Below, in pieces: positions 45,659-57,997 of a stretch of 64,000 nucleotides of DNA. The notes beneath the pieces were generated by a model that was not told where the DNA came from, did not search any database, and saw only the letters and a list, made by a program, of their open reading frames with translations. Both the position numbers and the translations under genes were made by a program. Position 1 is the first letter of the stretch. Each line of letters opens with the position of its first letter. Source of the DNA: TPA_inf: Saccharomyces (lineage: Eukaryota); assembly GCA_000146045.2 (NCBI GenBank), contig BK006934.2:448001-512000 (forward strand), written 5' to 3'.

Positions 45659-45895
45659 TCAAGCATTTTAAATATATTTAAGTATATACAAAGAAAAGTT
45701 TCACATGAGAAGCACTGATTGATGCAGCTATTAATTTTCAAAAGATTACGTTGTCTTCATCATTTGAGACGGGTCATCGCAAGAAAATTTTTCAATATTA
45801 AACTATAATAAAATGTAGTAAAAAATAGATGCAATACTACTATTCAATTTTTGTGGTTTTCCAGTTATCAAACTAAGTATAGACAAAATTTGAGC

Positions 45896-48187
45896 ATGTC
45901 AGAGGAATTTATCGCAGTTTCTACTTTGGCTAGAAACCTGGAAATTGCCAAGGGTAATGAGTTTCATACCATTTTGGCGACTTTAAGATCACCAGTTTAT
46001 ATCAATGAACAGCTGCTAAAATCCGAATTGAGCTTCCTTGTTACAAAAATCCTAAAACTTATCAGATCAGGCAATGACTTTGATCTTTGGAAAGGATGTC
46101 ACACCTCTGTTGTGACTTGCGCCTATAATCCACTGGTCTTATCGACTCATGGAGGTCAATTGCTTGCTGCCATTTATTCCAGATTGGAACAGAAGACGGG
46201 TTTCTATTCTTCGGTTATTTCTTCATCACATGGAAAGCAGCTATTCAATACCCTTATTTCTTCTGTAGCGATTATCATTGATTTAATGAAGAATAAACCT
46301 ACGTTATCGAGAGAAGCACTGGTTCCCAAATTAAAGGCTATCATTCCAACGTTAATTACATTGTCTCAATACGAGCCCGAACTTGTTCTACCAGTACTAC
46401 AGAGGATATTGAAGAGAAACACTACAACATTTAAGCCATTTACCAACAAATTCCGCACTGTGTTAATCAATTTAATCATATCAGACTATGCTTCTTTAGG
46501 CACTAAGACGCAGAGGCTTGTTTGCGAAAACTTTGCTTATTTGCATTTGCTGAAAATTCAGGTTAGTGATACTAGCGATGACGAAACTCAAGCACATCAC
46601 AAAATATATGCTGATTCTAATTGGAGAACAGGATTAATGTCCATCTTATCACAATTCAAGCCCATAATTCAATTATGTGGAGAAATCTTGGATTTTGAAC
46701 AAGATAATGAGCTGTATAAACTAATTAAAAGTTTACCGGTTATCGATGAATCCAATAACAAAGAAGAATTTTTACCCTCATTGAAATTAGACTTCAACGC
46801 ACCTTTAACTTTATGGGAAATTCCACAACGTTTGTCCTTATTGGCTGACATGCTTGTTGCTTTCATCTCTTTACCAACTCCCTTTCCCATTCGAGTTCCG
46901 CTGGGTGGTATTAATTCCCTTTGTGAAGTTTTGTTGGGAGTTAGTAACAAATATTTACCGTTAAAAAAAGAATTGCGTCATGATAATGAACTAAATGGGG
47001 TCATCAATACCATCTTACCTCAAATACAATTTCAAGGCATTAGGTTATGGGAAATTATGGTTTCAAAATATGGCAAATGCGGTTTATCATTTTTCGAAGG
47101 AATCCTTTCTTCCATTGAACTTTTCATTCCATTAAAAAAGAAAAGTAACAATGAAATTGATTTTAATGTTGTTGGGTCTTTAAAATTTGAGTTTGCTACT
47201 GTTTTCAGATTGGTAAATATGATTTTGTCTCATTTAGGCCACCAACTGAACATAATCAGCGTCATATCCCAATTAATCGAAGTGGCGTTGTTCTTATCTC
47301 ATGATAAAACATTGATTGATTCTTTATTCAAAAATCGTAAAAGCATCATGAAACAACAGACTAAAACAAAACAATCAAAGAGGAGTAAAAGTGCCGAAGG
47401 TGCATTTTCTGATATTTATACGCACCCAGAGCTATTTGTGTGTAAAAATTCCATGAATTGGTTCAATGAAATCAATGATTTTTTTATTACTGCACTAAAT
47501 AATTGGATTTTGCCTTCAACTCCACATATTCAAATTTTGAAATATAGTATCACGCAATCTTTAAGATTAAAGGAAAGATTTGGTTATATTCCAGAAAGCT
47601 TTGTTAATCTCCTGCGTTGCGAGGTTCTTCACCCAGGTAGTGAACGTGTTTCAATTTTACCGATTGCAATATCACTATTAAAGAATATCAATGATGATAT
47701 GTTTGAATTACTGTGTCATCCAAAAGTGCCAGTCGGTATGGTGTACCAGTTGCACAAACCTTTGGACTTAGGCGAAGACGGGGAAGTAAGGGATGATATC
47801 AACAAGAAGGAGGTTGAAACGAACGAATCATCCTCAAACGCCAATACTGGCCTGGAGACTTTAAAAGCGTTAGAAAATTTGGAAAATGTTACAATCCCTG
47901 AACCCAAACACGAAGTCCCAAAGGTCGTCGATGATACTGCCATATTCAAGAAAAGGTCAGTAGAAGAAGTCATTGAAAGAGAGTCTACATCTTCACATAA
48001 GAAAGTGAAATTCGTTGAAGAAACAACCGTGGATAATGGCGAAGAATTGATTGTAAAAAAAGCTGTAAGCCAAACTAAGGAAGAAGAGAAGCCAATGGAG
48101 GACAGTGAAGATGAAGAACAGGAGGAGTTTGAAATTCCCGCTATCGAATTAAGTGATGACGAAGAGGAGGAGGAAGAAGAAGAATAA
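45896..48187 (+). CDS. RIX1: Rix1-Ipi1-Ipi3 complex subunit (pre-60S and pre-rRNA processing), 763 aa with an acidic C-terminal tail
   Basis: The track ORF 45851..48187 is trimmed to the ATG at 45896 (MSEEFIAVSTLARN...), giving 763 aa. The C-terminus is ...SDDEEEEEEEE. Confidence 0.85.
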   Translation: MSEEFIAVSTLARNLEIAKGNEFHTILATLRSPVYINEQLLKSELSFLVTKILKLIRSGNDFDLWKGCHTSVVTCAYNPLVLSTHGGQLLAAIYSRLEQKTGFYSSVISSSHGKQLFNTLISSVAIIIDLMKNKPTLSREALVPKLKAIIPTLITLSQYEPELVLPVLQRILKRNTTTFKPFTNKFRTVLINLIISDYASLGTKTQRLVCENFAYLHLLKIQVSDTSDDETQAHHKIYADSNWRTGLMSILSQFKPIIQLCGEILDFEQDNELYKLIKSLPVIDESNNKEEFLPSLKLDFNAPLTLWEIPQRLSLLADMLVAFISLPTPFPIRVPLGGINSLCEVLLGVSNKYLPLKKELRHDNELNGVINTILPQIQFQGIRLWEIMVSKYGKCGLSFFEGILSSIELFIPLKKKSNNEIDFNVVGSLKFEFATVFRLVNMILSHLGHQLNIISVISQLIEVALFLSHDKTLIDSLFKNRKSIMKQQTKTKQSKRSKSAEGAFSDIYTHPELFVCKNSMNWFNEINDFFITALNNWILPSTPHIQILKYSITQSLRLKERFGYIPESFVNLLRCEVLHPGSERVSILPIAISLLKNINDDMFELLCHPKVPVGMVYQLHKPLDLGEDGEVRDDINKKEVETNESSSNANTGLETLKALENLENVTIPEPKHEVPKVVDDTAIFKKRSVEEVIERESTSSHKKVKFVEETTVDNGEELIVKKAVSQTKEEEKPMEDSEDEEQEEFEIPAIELSDDEEEEEEEE

Positions 48188-48314
48188 TAATATCAACCAG
48201 ATTTTGTTTGGTTATATTTCGACTAGAATATATGTATGCATATGCTAAAATTGTACATAGGCATTTACGAATGAAAATAGTGTAGAGGTATGAACAAGAC
48301 TAAATTCTAAAAGT

Positions 48315-49280
48315 TTAGAGGAGTGTGATCAATTTGTCGATAGCTGTTTTTTTGGCTTGTGGAGAAGGAGATTTTTCGCCACATAAATATTGGCTAAATA
48401 AGAATTTTCCGACGAGTTGATTATTAACTACTCCCATGACCTCAAATTCGTTGTTTTTACTGTCATGATATGAAAATTGTAAAGCGCCGTTGGCTAATAA
48501 TTCGATGATCAAATCGTCATTTTTCCTGACGGATCCCTTACGTGAAAAGGCATCATTTAACTCACTTAGGCCCTTCGCCAGTGTGTCTTTATTATTGGCC
48601 ACATCGGGATGTTTAGAAATAGTTTTGACCAGGCCCTCCTTAAGATGCTTAAAATCTGTATTCCTTACGGGAGTTATCTTGGCTAGCATTCTCATTCCAG
48701 AATCCAGTAAGTCATCAATCATCATAACGGATTTTGAGTCATCACGTTTCAATAATCTAGCTAGATTCTCCTTAGGAGTCTTAGAATCATCCACATCAAG
48801 GAAATATTTATGTAAATAAGTTTCATTTAGAGTGTCTGAAACAAGGTTTTCGTCATTTTCAGCTAGATAAAGACCCAAGGCATAGACCTTGAACCTCAAA
48901 AACGTGACGTGCCTTTGACCATATCCCAGTAATTTAAAAGTTGTAGAGACAGGGAAATTTAAAGCAGTAATCGTTAGTGGGAAATCTGATACGCTAGAGT
49001 CTACCTGTATCGATTCAGTATGAGAAGGAAAAGCATCAGTTTTATCGTCATTTTGTACCGGACGATCACGGTAGTATAACGAAGTAGCGAGCAATGTTGA
49101 CGCCGCAAACCAGGGCCAATAGTGGAACGTCGAATTAGAACGCCCAGGGTATTTAGTGGCTCGTATACTAGTAAAATTTCTTTTGAAACATTGCCAATGG
49201 TTGGTTGATGGAGATTTCTGACATTTAGCTAGTGTTCGCTGGAGTGATTTTAGCATATTGGCGCACCTTCCTCTGTCCAT
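48315..49280 (-). CDS. AIM18: Mitochondrial chalcone-isomerase-like (heme-binding) protein, 321 aa
   Basis: A 321-aa protein with a mitochondrial presequence-like N-terminus. It is a clear paralog of the next gene. The position matches YHR198C. Confidence 0.8.
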   Translation of the reverse strand: MDRGRCANMLKSLQRTLAKCQKSPSTNHWQCFKRNFTSIRATKYPGRSNSTFHYWPWFAASTLLATSLYYRDRPVQNDDKTDAFPSHTESIQVDSSVSDFPLTITALNFPVSTTFKLLGYGQRHVTFLRFKVYALGLYLAENDENLVSDTLNETYLHKYFLDVDDSKTPKENLARLLKRDDSKSVMMIDDLLDSGMRMLAKITPVRNTDFKHLKEGLVKTISKHPDVANNKDTLAKGLSELNDAFSRKGSVRKNDDLIIELLANGALQFSYHDSKNNEFEVMGVVNNQLVGKFLFSQYLCGEKSPSPQAKKTAIDKLITLL

Positions 49281-49489
49281 GAAGGGATTCTATCGCGGTT
49301 GTAACGCCGTAAGAGTTTTGAATTGATTTTTTCTTGTCAAAACCGAATAGCATTGTAAACATTTTGAGGGGTCCCTCCTAGAAAAATTGAGTCGAAAGGA
49401 AACTCAAAAAAACATCATTAGAGTATATGTGCAGCTTTTGGAACAGCGTATGTATTATGTAATTGTATGTAGAAGTCGGCGAAAGTGTC

Positions 49490-50422
49490 CTAAGATAGAG
49501 AGACGAGTGCATCGATTACTTCCTTCCTAGCCTCCGGAGAAGGAGGATCCACAGCAGCTAGGTAGTGGGCAAATAAGAGCTTTCCAATAAGGGGTTCCTT
49601 CACTGTGCCCAATATCACAAATTCATCCTTCTTTCTTGCGTAGTAAGACAAATTCATAGAGCAGTCCTTATTCAGCTCAATGAAAAAATCATCATCTCGA
49701 GCCACAAGTCCTTTTACGCTCCTGAAACAGTCATGCAATTCTTGGAATCCAGCTTCCAGCCGGTCTTTGTCTTGAGACTGAGAATCTGGGTTCTTTAGGA
49801 CGCTCTTTTTGGTGCCGTCCATCAATAACTTGAAGGAACCTGCTTTTATCGGAGTATTCTTGGACATTAGTCTGATTCCGCTGTCTAAGAGGTTATTAAT
49901 CAGGATAGGGGCCTTAGCAGGATCGTTCAAAGCCGCACGCAAATTATCCTGATGTGAGTTTTCCGGTGATGGGGGTGCCGCAGTGTCGATGAACGCCTGA
50001 GACAGGAACTTTGAGTCCAGTACTTCAGAGACCAGATGTTTGTCTTCAGCGGCCACATATATGCCCAGACCATATGCTTTGAAAGTGATCGATGAGACAC
50101 AACGTACACCCTTACCAATCAGCTCATATTGCGTGGAGAAGGGCCACTGTGGGGGGCCCATCTTCTTAGGGAACGCAGAGATGGATGCGTCCACTGCAAC
50201 GCTGGTGGCATCCGCCTTTTTGATCTGGGAATCGTCATACCATTTCTTCGCGAATATGGATGCCAGTGCTAACCCTGTTAACACAGGCACTACTTTGCTG
50301 CCCTTCTTGTTCACACGAGCATTGCCCGCTGTAGTAGAGTAGTGAGAATACCATTGTGGGGCCCTCCTCATACCTACCTCTAGGCAATTTGTTTTCACCA
50401 AAACTTTACTGATTAAACGCAT
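49490..50422 (-). CDS. AIM46: Mitochondrial chalcone-isomerase-like protein, tandem paralog of AIM18, 310 aa
   Basis: The 310-aa protein aligns with AIM18 along its length (for example PSPEARKEVIDALVSLS versus PSPQAKKTAIDKLITLL). The position matches YHR199C. Confidence 0.8.
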   Translation of the reverse strand: MRLISKVLVKTNCLEVGMRRAPQWYSHYSTTAGNARVNKKGSKVVPVLTGLALASIFAKKWYDDSQIKKADATSVAVDASISAFPKKMGPPQWPFSTQYELIGKGVRCVSSITFKAYGLGIYVAAEDKHLVSEVLDSKFLSQAFIDTAAPPSPENSHQDNLRAALNDPAKAPILINNLLDSGIRLMSKNTPIKAGSFKLLMDGTKKSVLKNPDSQSQDKDRLEAGFQELHDCFRSVKGLVARDDDFFIELNKDCSMNLSYYARKKDEFVILGTVKEPLIGKLLFAHYLAAVDPPSPEARKEVIDALVSLS

Positions 50423-50570
50423 GTTTCCATATACCTGGCCTTCTGCTAAGTAGACATGTATTCAACAAGGGGATGTAACCACACGCTGCTTTAATACCAA
50501 CAAATCGGCCGCTGATTAGTAATAGGTGCATCATTGCGAATACCGAGAAAGGGTCCATTATACGAACTAA

Positions 50571-50859
50571 TCATTCTATACGGCGTCCTTCCTGTTCAAG
50601 CACCTCTCTGATTAGTTCCTTTGATTGAGGCGCTGATGTTGCATCAGGCTGCTGGAGCAGATTTAGTTTCTTTAACGTCTCCTCTTTAATATTTTCGATC
50701 AGTTTTTCTGTTGTTTCCACTGAGGTTGTGTTAGTAATTAGTGCGGGTGAAGGTTGGGGGTAGAGTGTTGCGGTGAGGTGACATACGTTCCAGCTGCATT
50801 CGATGTAGTATTGCGCTGCGCAACTTCTGCCGTTCTTCGGGAGTGAGAGCCGGTATCAT
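50571..50859 (-). CDS. NBL1: Borealin-like chromosomal passenger complex subunit, 73 aa. It is spliced: exon 1 is 50787..50859 and exon 2 is 50571..50719.
   Basis: I reconstructed it by hand. ATG lies at 50859 and exon 1 encodes MIPALTPEERQKLRSAILHRMQLE. The 5' splice site GTATGT is at 50786 and the branch point TACTAAC at 50730..50736. The 3' splice site CAG lies at 50720..50722 (AG at 50720..50721). Exon 2 encodes (L)ETTEKLIENIKEE...EQEGRRIE and stops at 50571. Confidence 0.8.
50720..50786 (-). other. NBL1 intron, 67 nt: GTATGT ... TACTAAC, then 11 nt to the AG
   Basis: Canonical yeast splice signals are read directly. The junction splits a CTG Leu codon (phase 1). Confidence 0.75.
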
Positions 50860-51078
50860 CGTAACCGAGTGCGGCAGCTGCCCTTTTGCTGATGTTGTTG
50901 CCACTTCTTGTTTACAATTGTATTCTCTTGAAGTTATATGGCATTATAGCTGCCGGGTTATTTCCGCCAGGCGGGTTTTCGCCACCGGAATTTACAACTA
51001 AATACACACTTATATCAGACTTTTAAAGCGTAAAGAAAGAAGGGAAAAGTCAATAAATAACTCAGCAGTAACCGCACA

Positions 51079-51885
51079 ATGGTATTGGAAGCTACAGTGT
51101 TAGTGATTGATAATTCAGAGTACTCTCGCAATGGCGACTTTCCTAGGACAAGGTTTGAAGCCCAGATCGACTCGGTAGAGTTCATATTTCAAGCCAAGAG
51201 AAACAGCAATCCTGAGAATACAGTGGGTCTTATCTCTGGTGCTGGCGCCAACCCCAGGGTGTTATCTACGTTTACCGCCGAGTTTGGGAAGATTCTTGCT
51301 GGACTACACGACACGCAGATCGAGGGTAAGCTGCATATGGCCACTGCGTTGCAGATCGCTCAGCTGACTTTGAAGCATCGCCAGAATAAGGTCCAACATC
51401 AAAGGATTGTGGCATTTGTGTGTAGCCCAATAAGTGATTCTCGAGACGAATTGATCAGATTGGCAAAAACACTGAAAAAGAATAATGTTGCCGTGGACAT
51501 CATCAATTTTGGAGAGATTGAACAGAACACGGAGCTTTTGGATGAGTTCATAGCTGCAGTGAACAACCCTCAAGAAGAAACTAGTCATTTGCTTACTGTG
51601 ACGCCTGGCCCCAGACTGCTGTACGAGAACATCGCATCTTCACCCATAATTCTCGAAGAAGGATCCTCCGGTATGGGCGCCTTTGGTGGGTCTGGCGGTG
51701 ATTCCGATGCCAATGGCACATTTATGGACTTCGGGGTAGACCCATCAATGGACCCAGAACTGGCAATGGCCTTGCGTCTGTCTATGGAAGAAGAGCAGCA
51801 AAGACAGGAAAGGTTAAGACAGCAGCAACAACAACAAGATCAGCCTGAGCAGTCTGAACAGCCTGAACAACACCAAGACAAATAG
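51079..51885 (+). CDS. RPN10: 26S proteasome regulatory subunit and ubiquitin receptor (vWA domain plus UIM), 268 aa, with a Q-rich C-terminal tail
   Basis: The 268-aa protein starts MVLEATVLVIDNSEYSRNGD (vWA). The UIM is ...DPELAMALRLSMEEE.... The position matches YHR200W. Confidence 0.9.
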   Translation: MVLEATVLVIDNSEYSRNGDFPRTRFEAQIDSVEFIFQAKRNSNPENTVGLISGAGANPRVLSTFTAEFGKILAGLHDTQIEGKLHMATALQIAQLTLKHRQNKVQHQRIVAFVCSPISDSRDELIRLAKTLKKNNVAVDIINFGEIEQNTELLDEFIAAVNNPQEETSHLLTVTPGPRLLYENIASSPIILEEGSSGMGAFGGSGGDSDANGTFMDFGVDPSMDPELAMALRLSMEEEQQRQERLRQQQQQQDQPEQSEQPEQHQDK

Positions 51886-51949
51886 TAGTGTACAAAAATA
51901 TCTATATGGGTCATATATAAACCAAATAAAGCATATATAACATCTCCCT

Positions 51950-53176
<1,227 letters not shown>

Positions 53177-54387
53177 TTATTTGTTTCAAGTGGCTTTAGT
53201 TAATTATGTACACTTCGTTTCTTTTTTCTACTCTTAAAAGTGAAAAAAATGAAAAATCAGCGGCATGTATAGCATACAGATAATAGGAAAAAGGTTGTGA
53301 GTTATTCTTCGAGACTATTTCGACTCGTATTCTAAATTAGAATTCAAGTAGGTGGATAATGTGACAAAATGAATGAAGGTTAGAGCTTTACACAGAGTAT
53401 TATCCTCGGCGTTTTCTATCAAAGCTTCTGGTTATTCCATACTTTTTTCAAGGACAGCAGAAACATATGCCATTTTACACCTCCTGGGAAAATAATTTGT
53501 AATTTTCTAGTGACTCAATGCTTGTTGAAAGTGATCTTGTATAATGAGTGTACACATGAGATGTGCAAATTTCTTCATTACTTAGCGAGAAGTGTACACT
53601 CTTGAATATAATAACACTAACAGTGGAATCATCGGTAATAATAATACTATTGATCGTAGTGAAAGCAAAACACGACTGTACTTGAGTTATAAATTTTGTT
53701 GCTGTAGAAATTTCAGTGATCATTCATTAGCAACTTATTAAGATGACGATTATATTTTACGGTTCTTTTCACAAACCATTATACTTGCTAAAGGTTGTAA
53801 AAGTCATACACTTTTTAACATCAAGATTTCAGTACAACAATTTCTTACATGTAAAATCGTTTGCAAATTAAGTTCGCCAAATTGTATCTTAATTAAAATC
53901 TATGTGTTCAGAAGTTGAATATTGGTAAAAAGAAACAAAATGTATAAACGAACGAAAAAGGAAGTGATCAAAATAGAGTAAGGAACCAAGGCATTAGGTT
54001 CACCCGAACGTTATCATATATACGCTCATATTATTCCAAGAAAGACACATTTGTCTAGATAGGTTTCGGTAAAGGCGTCCGTAGTTAGAGAGTAGATGGC
54101 ACTAACTTGAAAGCAGGAAAACAAACAATTGTGTTCCAGAGCAAACTCGAACTTTCTATCTGAACCATTGCATGACGTAAAATTATTATTACAACCATAA
54201 TGAAACATTTCTACAGTATATCTTTAATATTATTTTTTACTTTAGTGTCCTTATCGATCAGTCGCTCTTTCGCCAACTAGCCGCCAATTGCAAAAGCCGA
54301 TAAGCTTATTTCCCCTCAAGCCGTCAACAAGAACTACAGCAATAACAAAGAGAGTGAATGCAATAAAGGTGTGCGCAACAGTGTAAA

Positions 54388-56196
54388 ATGATACTAAAGC
54401 TTGTACACTGTTTAGTTGCTCTTACAGGATTAATCTTTGCAAAGCCGTATCAACAACAACAGGCAGTTTTAGCGCCGTCGCAGGATGTACCATTAAGAGA
54501 TATCCATATAGGGGATATAAATTTTATCCATACAACCGATACTCATGGCTGGTTGGGGTCCCATCTATCACAAAACGACTATGATGCTGACTGGGGAGAT
54601 TTCGTTGCATTTGTAGATATACTTAGAGAAAAAATTTTACGACAGTCCAGAGACGTAATAGTCATCGACACTGGCGACAAACGAGACGGTAATGGTTTGA
54701 GTGATGCTACTTGGCCCCCCGGCCTACGAAGCTCGGAGATATTCAACATGATGGATTACGATCTTTTAACGTTAGGTAATCATGAGCTATATACAGCTGA
54801 AAGTGCCATACTAGAGTATAGAGGAACTTCTCAGTCCTCAAAATTCAAAGACAAATATGTTTGCAGCAACGTAGAATTTATTGAAGATGACGGAACAAGG
54901 GTTCCTTTCGGGAATAAATACATTACATTCGAGACTCCCATAATGAAACAAAGAGTCCTGGCATTATCATTTTTGTTTAGTTTTCAAAGAGCAAATAACA
55001 GAGCCATCGTAACACCACCATTGGAAGAAATAACTCAAAAAAGCTGGTTCCAAAATATGGTTGAGACAAACAGAGAGGAGGAAATCGACCTAATTATTGT
55101 CTTTGGTCATTTGCCTGCCACTGACCCTACAGAGCGTGAAATGCACAAAATTCATGCTCTAATAAGGAAATACTACCCAAATACTGTTATACAATATTTT
55201 GGAGGGCACACTCATATCAGGGATTTTGTACAGCTGGACTCAAAATCTACTTGTTTACAAAGTGGTAGATTTGCGGAAACTGTGGGATTCTTGTCAATTA
55301 ATATGACTGACCCTGTGGACGCCGAAAGTCCTATTTTCTCAAGAAGGTATATTGACTTTAACAAGGAAGCTTTCAAATACCATTTGAGCAAACTAGGGCA
55401 TGACTCGAATGTTCCAGTCTCAACGAAAAAGGGTAAAACTATTTCTCGTTTGGTGAATGATCTGCGCCATGAACTAAATTTGAACGAGAAACTGGGGTAC
55501 ATTCCTCAAACTTACTACGTTTCAACAAGGCCATTAAACTCCGAAGAGAATCTTTATCATTTGATCACGCATAAGATTTTACCCAATTTAATTCCTCCCA
55601 AAAACTATGAACCTTCGATGAGTCGTTTCATTTTGATTAACACTGGCTCTGTCAGGTACGATCTTTACAAAGGCCCATTTACAAAGGATACTGAGTATAT
55701 AGTGATGCCATTCAATAATGATTGGCGCTTCATCACAGTTCCATTGGTCGTTGCCTCCAGGGTGGAAACCTATTTGAACAAGGGCCCTGTCATTGCCTCA
55801 TTAGGAATACCATCATCGTCTCATCACAAACAGCATTTTGGCGGTTTTCAGAAGTGTCCCTTCATCAATAATCCAAATTTAAGCGAAGGCTACACCACAG
55901 AAGACGATTTCGGGTGTCATGGTGATGACACACCTCACAATTCACAAAGAGAATACGATATCCCCAATGTAGTGCAATGTAAAGAGGTGAAGAAAGTGCA
56001 AGAAGAGGAAGCTGATCCGTCGAAGATGGTTCATGTTATCTTCTATTCCTTTATGGAACTCGATATATTAAACGCCGTAAATTCTATCATAAATGATTTA
56101 GGATTACGTATGGAGAACTTGACCACCAATGACTGCTCCCATTATGGTGGTGATTCAACCAAAAAGTTATTACGGGATTACTTTTCTCAATTTTAG
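54388..56196 (+). CDS. YHR202W: Putative secreted/vacuolar metallophosphoesterase (5'-nucleotidase-like), 602 aa
   Basis: An N-terminal signal peptide and calcineurin-like phosphoesterase motifs (IHTTDTHGW, DTGDKRDGNG, GNHE). The position matches YHR202W. Confidence 0.8.
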   Translation: MILKLVHCLVALTGLIFAKPYQQQQAVLAPSQDVPLRDIHIGDINFIHTTDTHGWLGSHLSQNDYDADWGDFVAFVDILREKILRQSRDVIVIDTGDKRDGNGLSDATWPPGLRSSEIFNMMDYDLLTLGNHELYTAESAILEYRGTSQSSKFKDKYVCSNVEFIEDDGTRVPFGNKYITFETPIMKQRVLALSFLFSFQRANNRAIVTPPLEEITQKSWFQNMVETNREEEIDLIIVFGHLPATDPTEREMHKIHALIRKYYPNTVIQYFGGHTHIRDFVQLDSKSTCLQSGRFAETVGFLSINMTDPVDAESPIFSRRYIDFNKEAFKYHLSKLGHDSNVPVSTKKGKTISRLVNDLRHELNLNEKLGYIPQTYYVSTRPLNSEENLYHLITHKILPNLIPPKNYEPSMSRFILINTGSVRYDLYKGPFTKDTEYIVMPFNNDWRFITVPLVVASRVETYLNKGPVIASLGIPSSSHHKQHFGGFQKCPFINNPNLSEGYTTEDDFGCHGDDTPHNSQREYDIPNVVQCKEVKKVQEEEADPSKMVHVIFYSFMELDILNAVNSIINDLGLRMENLTTNDCSHYGGDSTKKLLRDYFSQF

Positions 56197-56475
56197 AGTA
56201 TTCTGCCATTTTTTTTATTTATTTATGCACATCGTTTAAAAAAGTTCATTTGCAGCGGAAATTGCACCTTTGCTCTCTCGTCCCTGTCTCTAATGAGGCA
56301 CACTGGTTACACATTTCATGAAAAAAAAAGAAAAATTGTATGTATAATGCTTGTCACTTTTTTTATAATTGATATATGTATATGTATATGTATACATACA
56401 TATATATAGTTGATTTAGAATTTATTTATATTAAACAAAAGACGAAGAGAGGGCAGATAACAATATTTAAAATGT

Positions 56476-57530
56476 TTACAAACCTTGTTGAGCTCTTCTT
56501 CTGTCACGTTCTTCAGCAATAGACAACTTGATACCCTTACCCTTTGGCAAAGAAATGTAAGGCTTACCTTGTTCACCAATGACGAAGACATTGTTCAATC
56601 TAGTGACGAAAGTGTTGTCCAAGGAGTCCTTGATGTGAACCAAATCGAAACCACCATCGTGTCTTTCCTTGTGAACGATAGTACCGATACGACCCAAGTT
56701 ACGACCACCAGTAACGTAAACCAACTTACCGGCATCGAACTTGATGAAATCAGTAATCTTACCAGAGGCCAAATCAATCTTAACAGTGTCATTGACCTTG
56801 ATGTTTGGGTCTGGGTATCTGATAGTTCTACCATCGTGGGTAACAACGTATGGAACACCCTTCTTACCTAATTGGACCTTCTTGACCTTACCCAATTTGT
56901 AAGAGGCTTCTTCATCGGTGATACGGTGGACAGCGAATCTACCCTTGACATCGTAGACCAATCTGAAGTTTTCATTGGTGGCATCTAGAGTGATGACGTC
57001 CATGAAACCAGCTGGGTAGGTGGTGTCAGTTCTAACCTTACCGTCAACTTTGACGTGACGTTGCATCAAGATAGCCTTGACTTCACGGCCGTTCAAAGCA
57101 TACTTTAATCTGTTTCTTAGAAAGACAATCAATGGCAAGGATTCACGCAATTTGTGTGGACCAGCAGATGGTCTTGGGGCGTAACAACCGGACAACTTGT
57201 CCAATAACCAATGGTGTGGAGCTGCTAATCTCTTTAGATGCTTCTTTCTATATGAAAAATCGTATTAACATTATTAAACGTACTCTTGTTAGTAAAAATA
57301 TCCCGCAATGCTTATCTGTTACTTAACAAGGATAAAGTTTCTCATCAGAATTCTATCTTCCAGATAGATAAACACAACTCTTATATTCTTTCTTTAGTCC
57401 GCATCGTCACTTTGGTGCAAATCACTTGTACCAATCATGAGAGGGTACCCATCTTCAAAGAAAACTATTATCTTGTTTTGCCAACTCTTCATTTTTTTAG
57501 GTGGAAATCAACATACGGTCCTCTAGCCAT
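56476..57530 (-). CDS. RPS4B: Ribosomal protein S4 (eS4), 261 aa. It is spliced: exon 1 is 57517..57530 and exon 2 is 56476..57247.
   Basis: The 14-nt exon 1 is ATGGCTAGAGGACC, followed by GTATGT. Exon 2 resumes at 57247 as A AAG AAG CAT..., reconstituting [27 protein letters not shown].... The total is 786 nt, or 261 aa. Position after YHR202W identifies the B copy. Confidence 0.93.
57248..57516 (-). other. RPS4B intron, 269 nt: 5' splice site GTATGT at 57511..57516, branch point TACTAAC at 57288..57294, 3' splice site TAG at 57248..57250
   Basis: Splice signals are read directly. The spurious track ORF 57286..57543 lies inside this intron. Confidence 0.9.
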
Positions 57531-57997
57531 CTTTCCTCAATAGTGGTGTATCTATTGTTATACTTAGTCGACGTTATATGAAAAAGAAACTATTCTAAAT
57601 CTTACAATATCACTACTATTAACTCTACCGATAATAAAACAAAGCGACTTGAAGCAGCTCCAAATCCTAGAGAAGGAAGATACGATGCCATTGCGCTAAC
57701 GAAACCACATGGATCCTCCACACAACCACTTAGTTTGGCAAATCCCAAGACCAAGAGGAACTTTCCTCACCATTCGGGGCAGGTGACGAAGCAAGAGCGA
57801 AGCTGGATTCTACGCTGGATTAGTGAAGCGCCAGCGAGGAATGCTAGAAAGACCAGCCCAGGAACAATAGAAAATTACGCGGTAGGATAATCTCCTTGAC
57901 GGAAAAACGCTGTGTGACACTGACTAGCCTGAAAAAATAGAAAAAAAGGAGATGCGCCCTGCAAAAAGCGCAATAACGCGCACACAAAATGTCTGGG

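Noticed and set aside
57286-57543. 85-aa plus-strand ORF
   Set aside because: It lies entirely within the RPS4B intron and first exon on the opposite strand.
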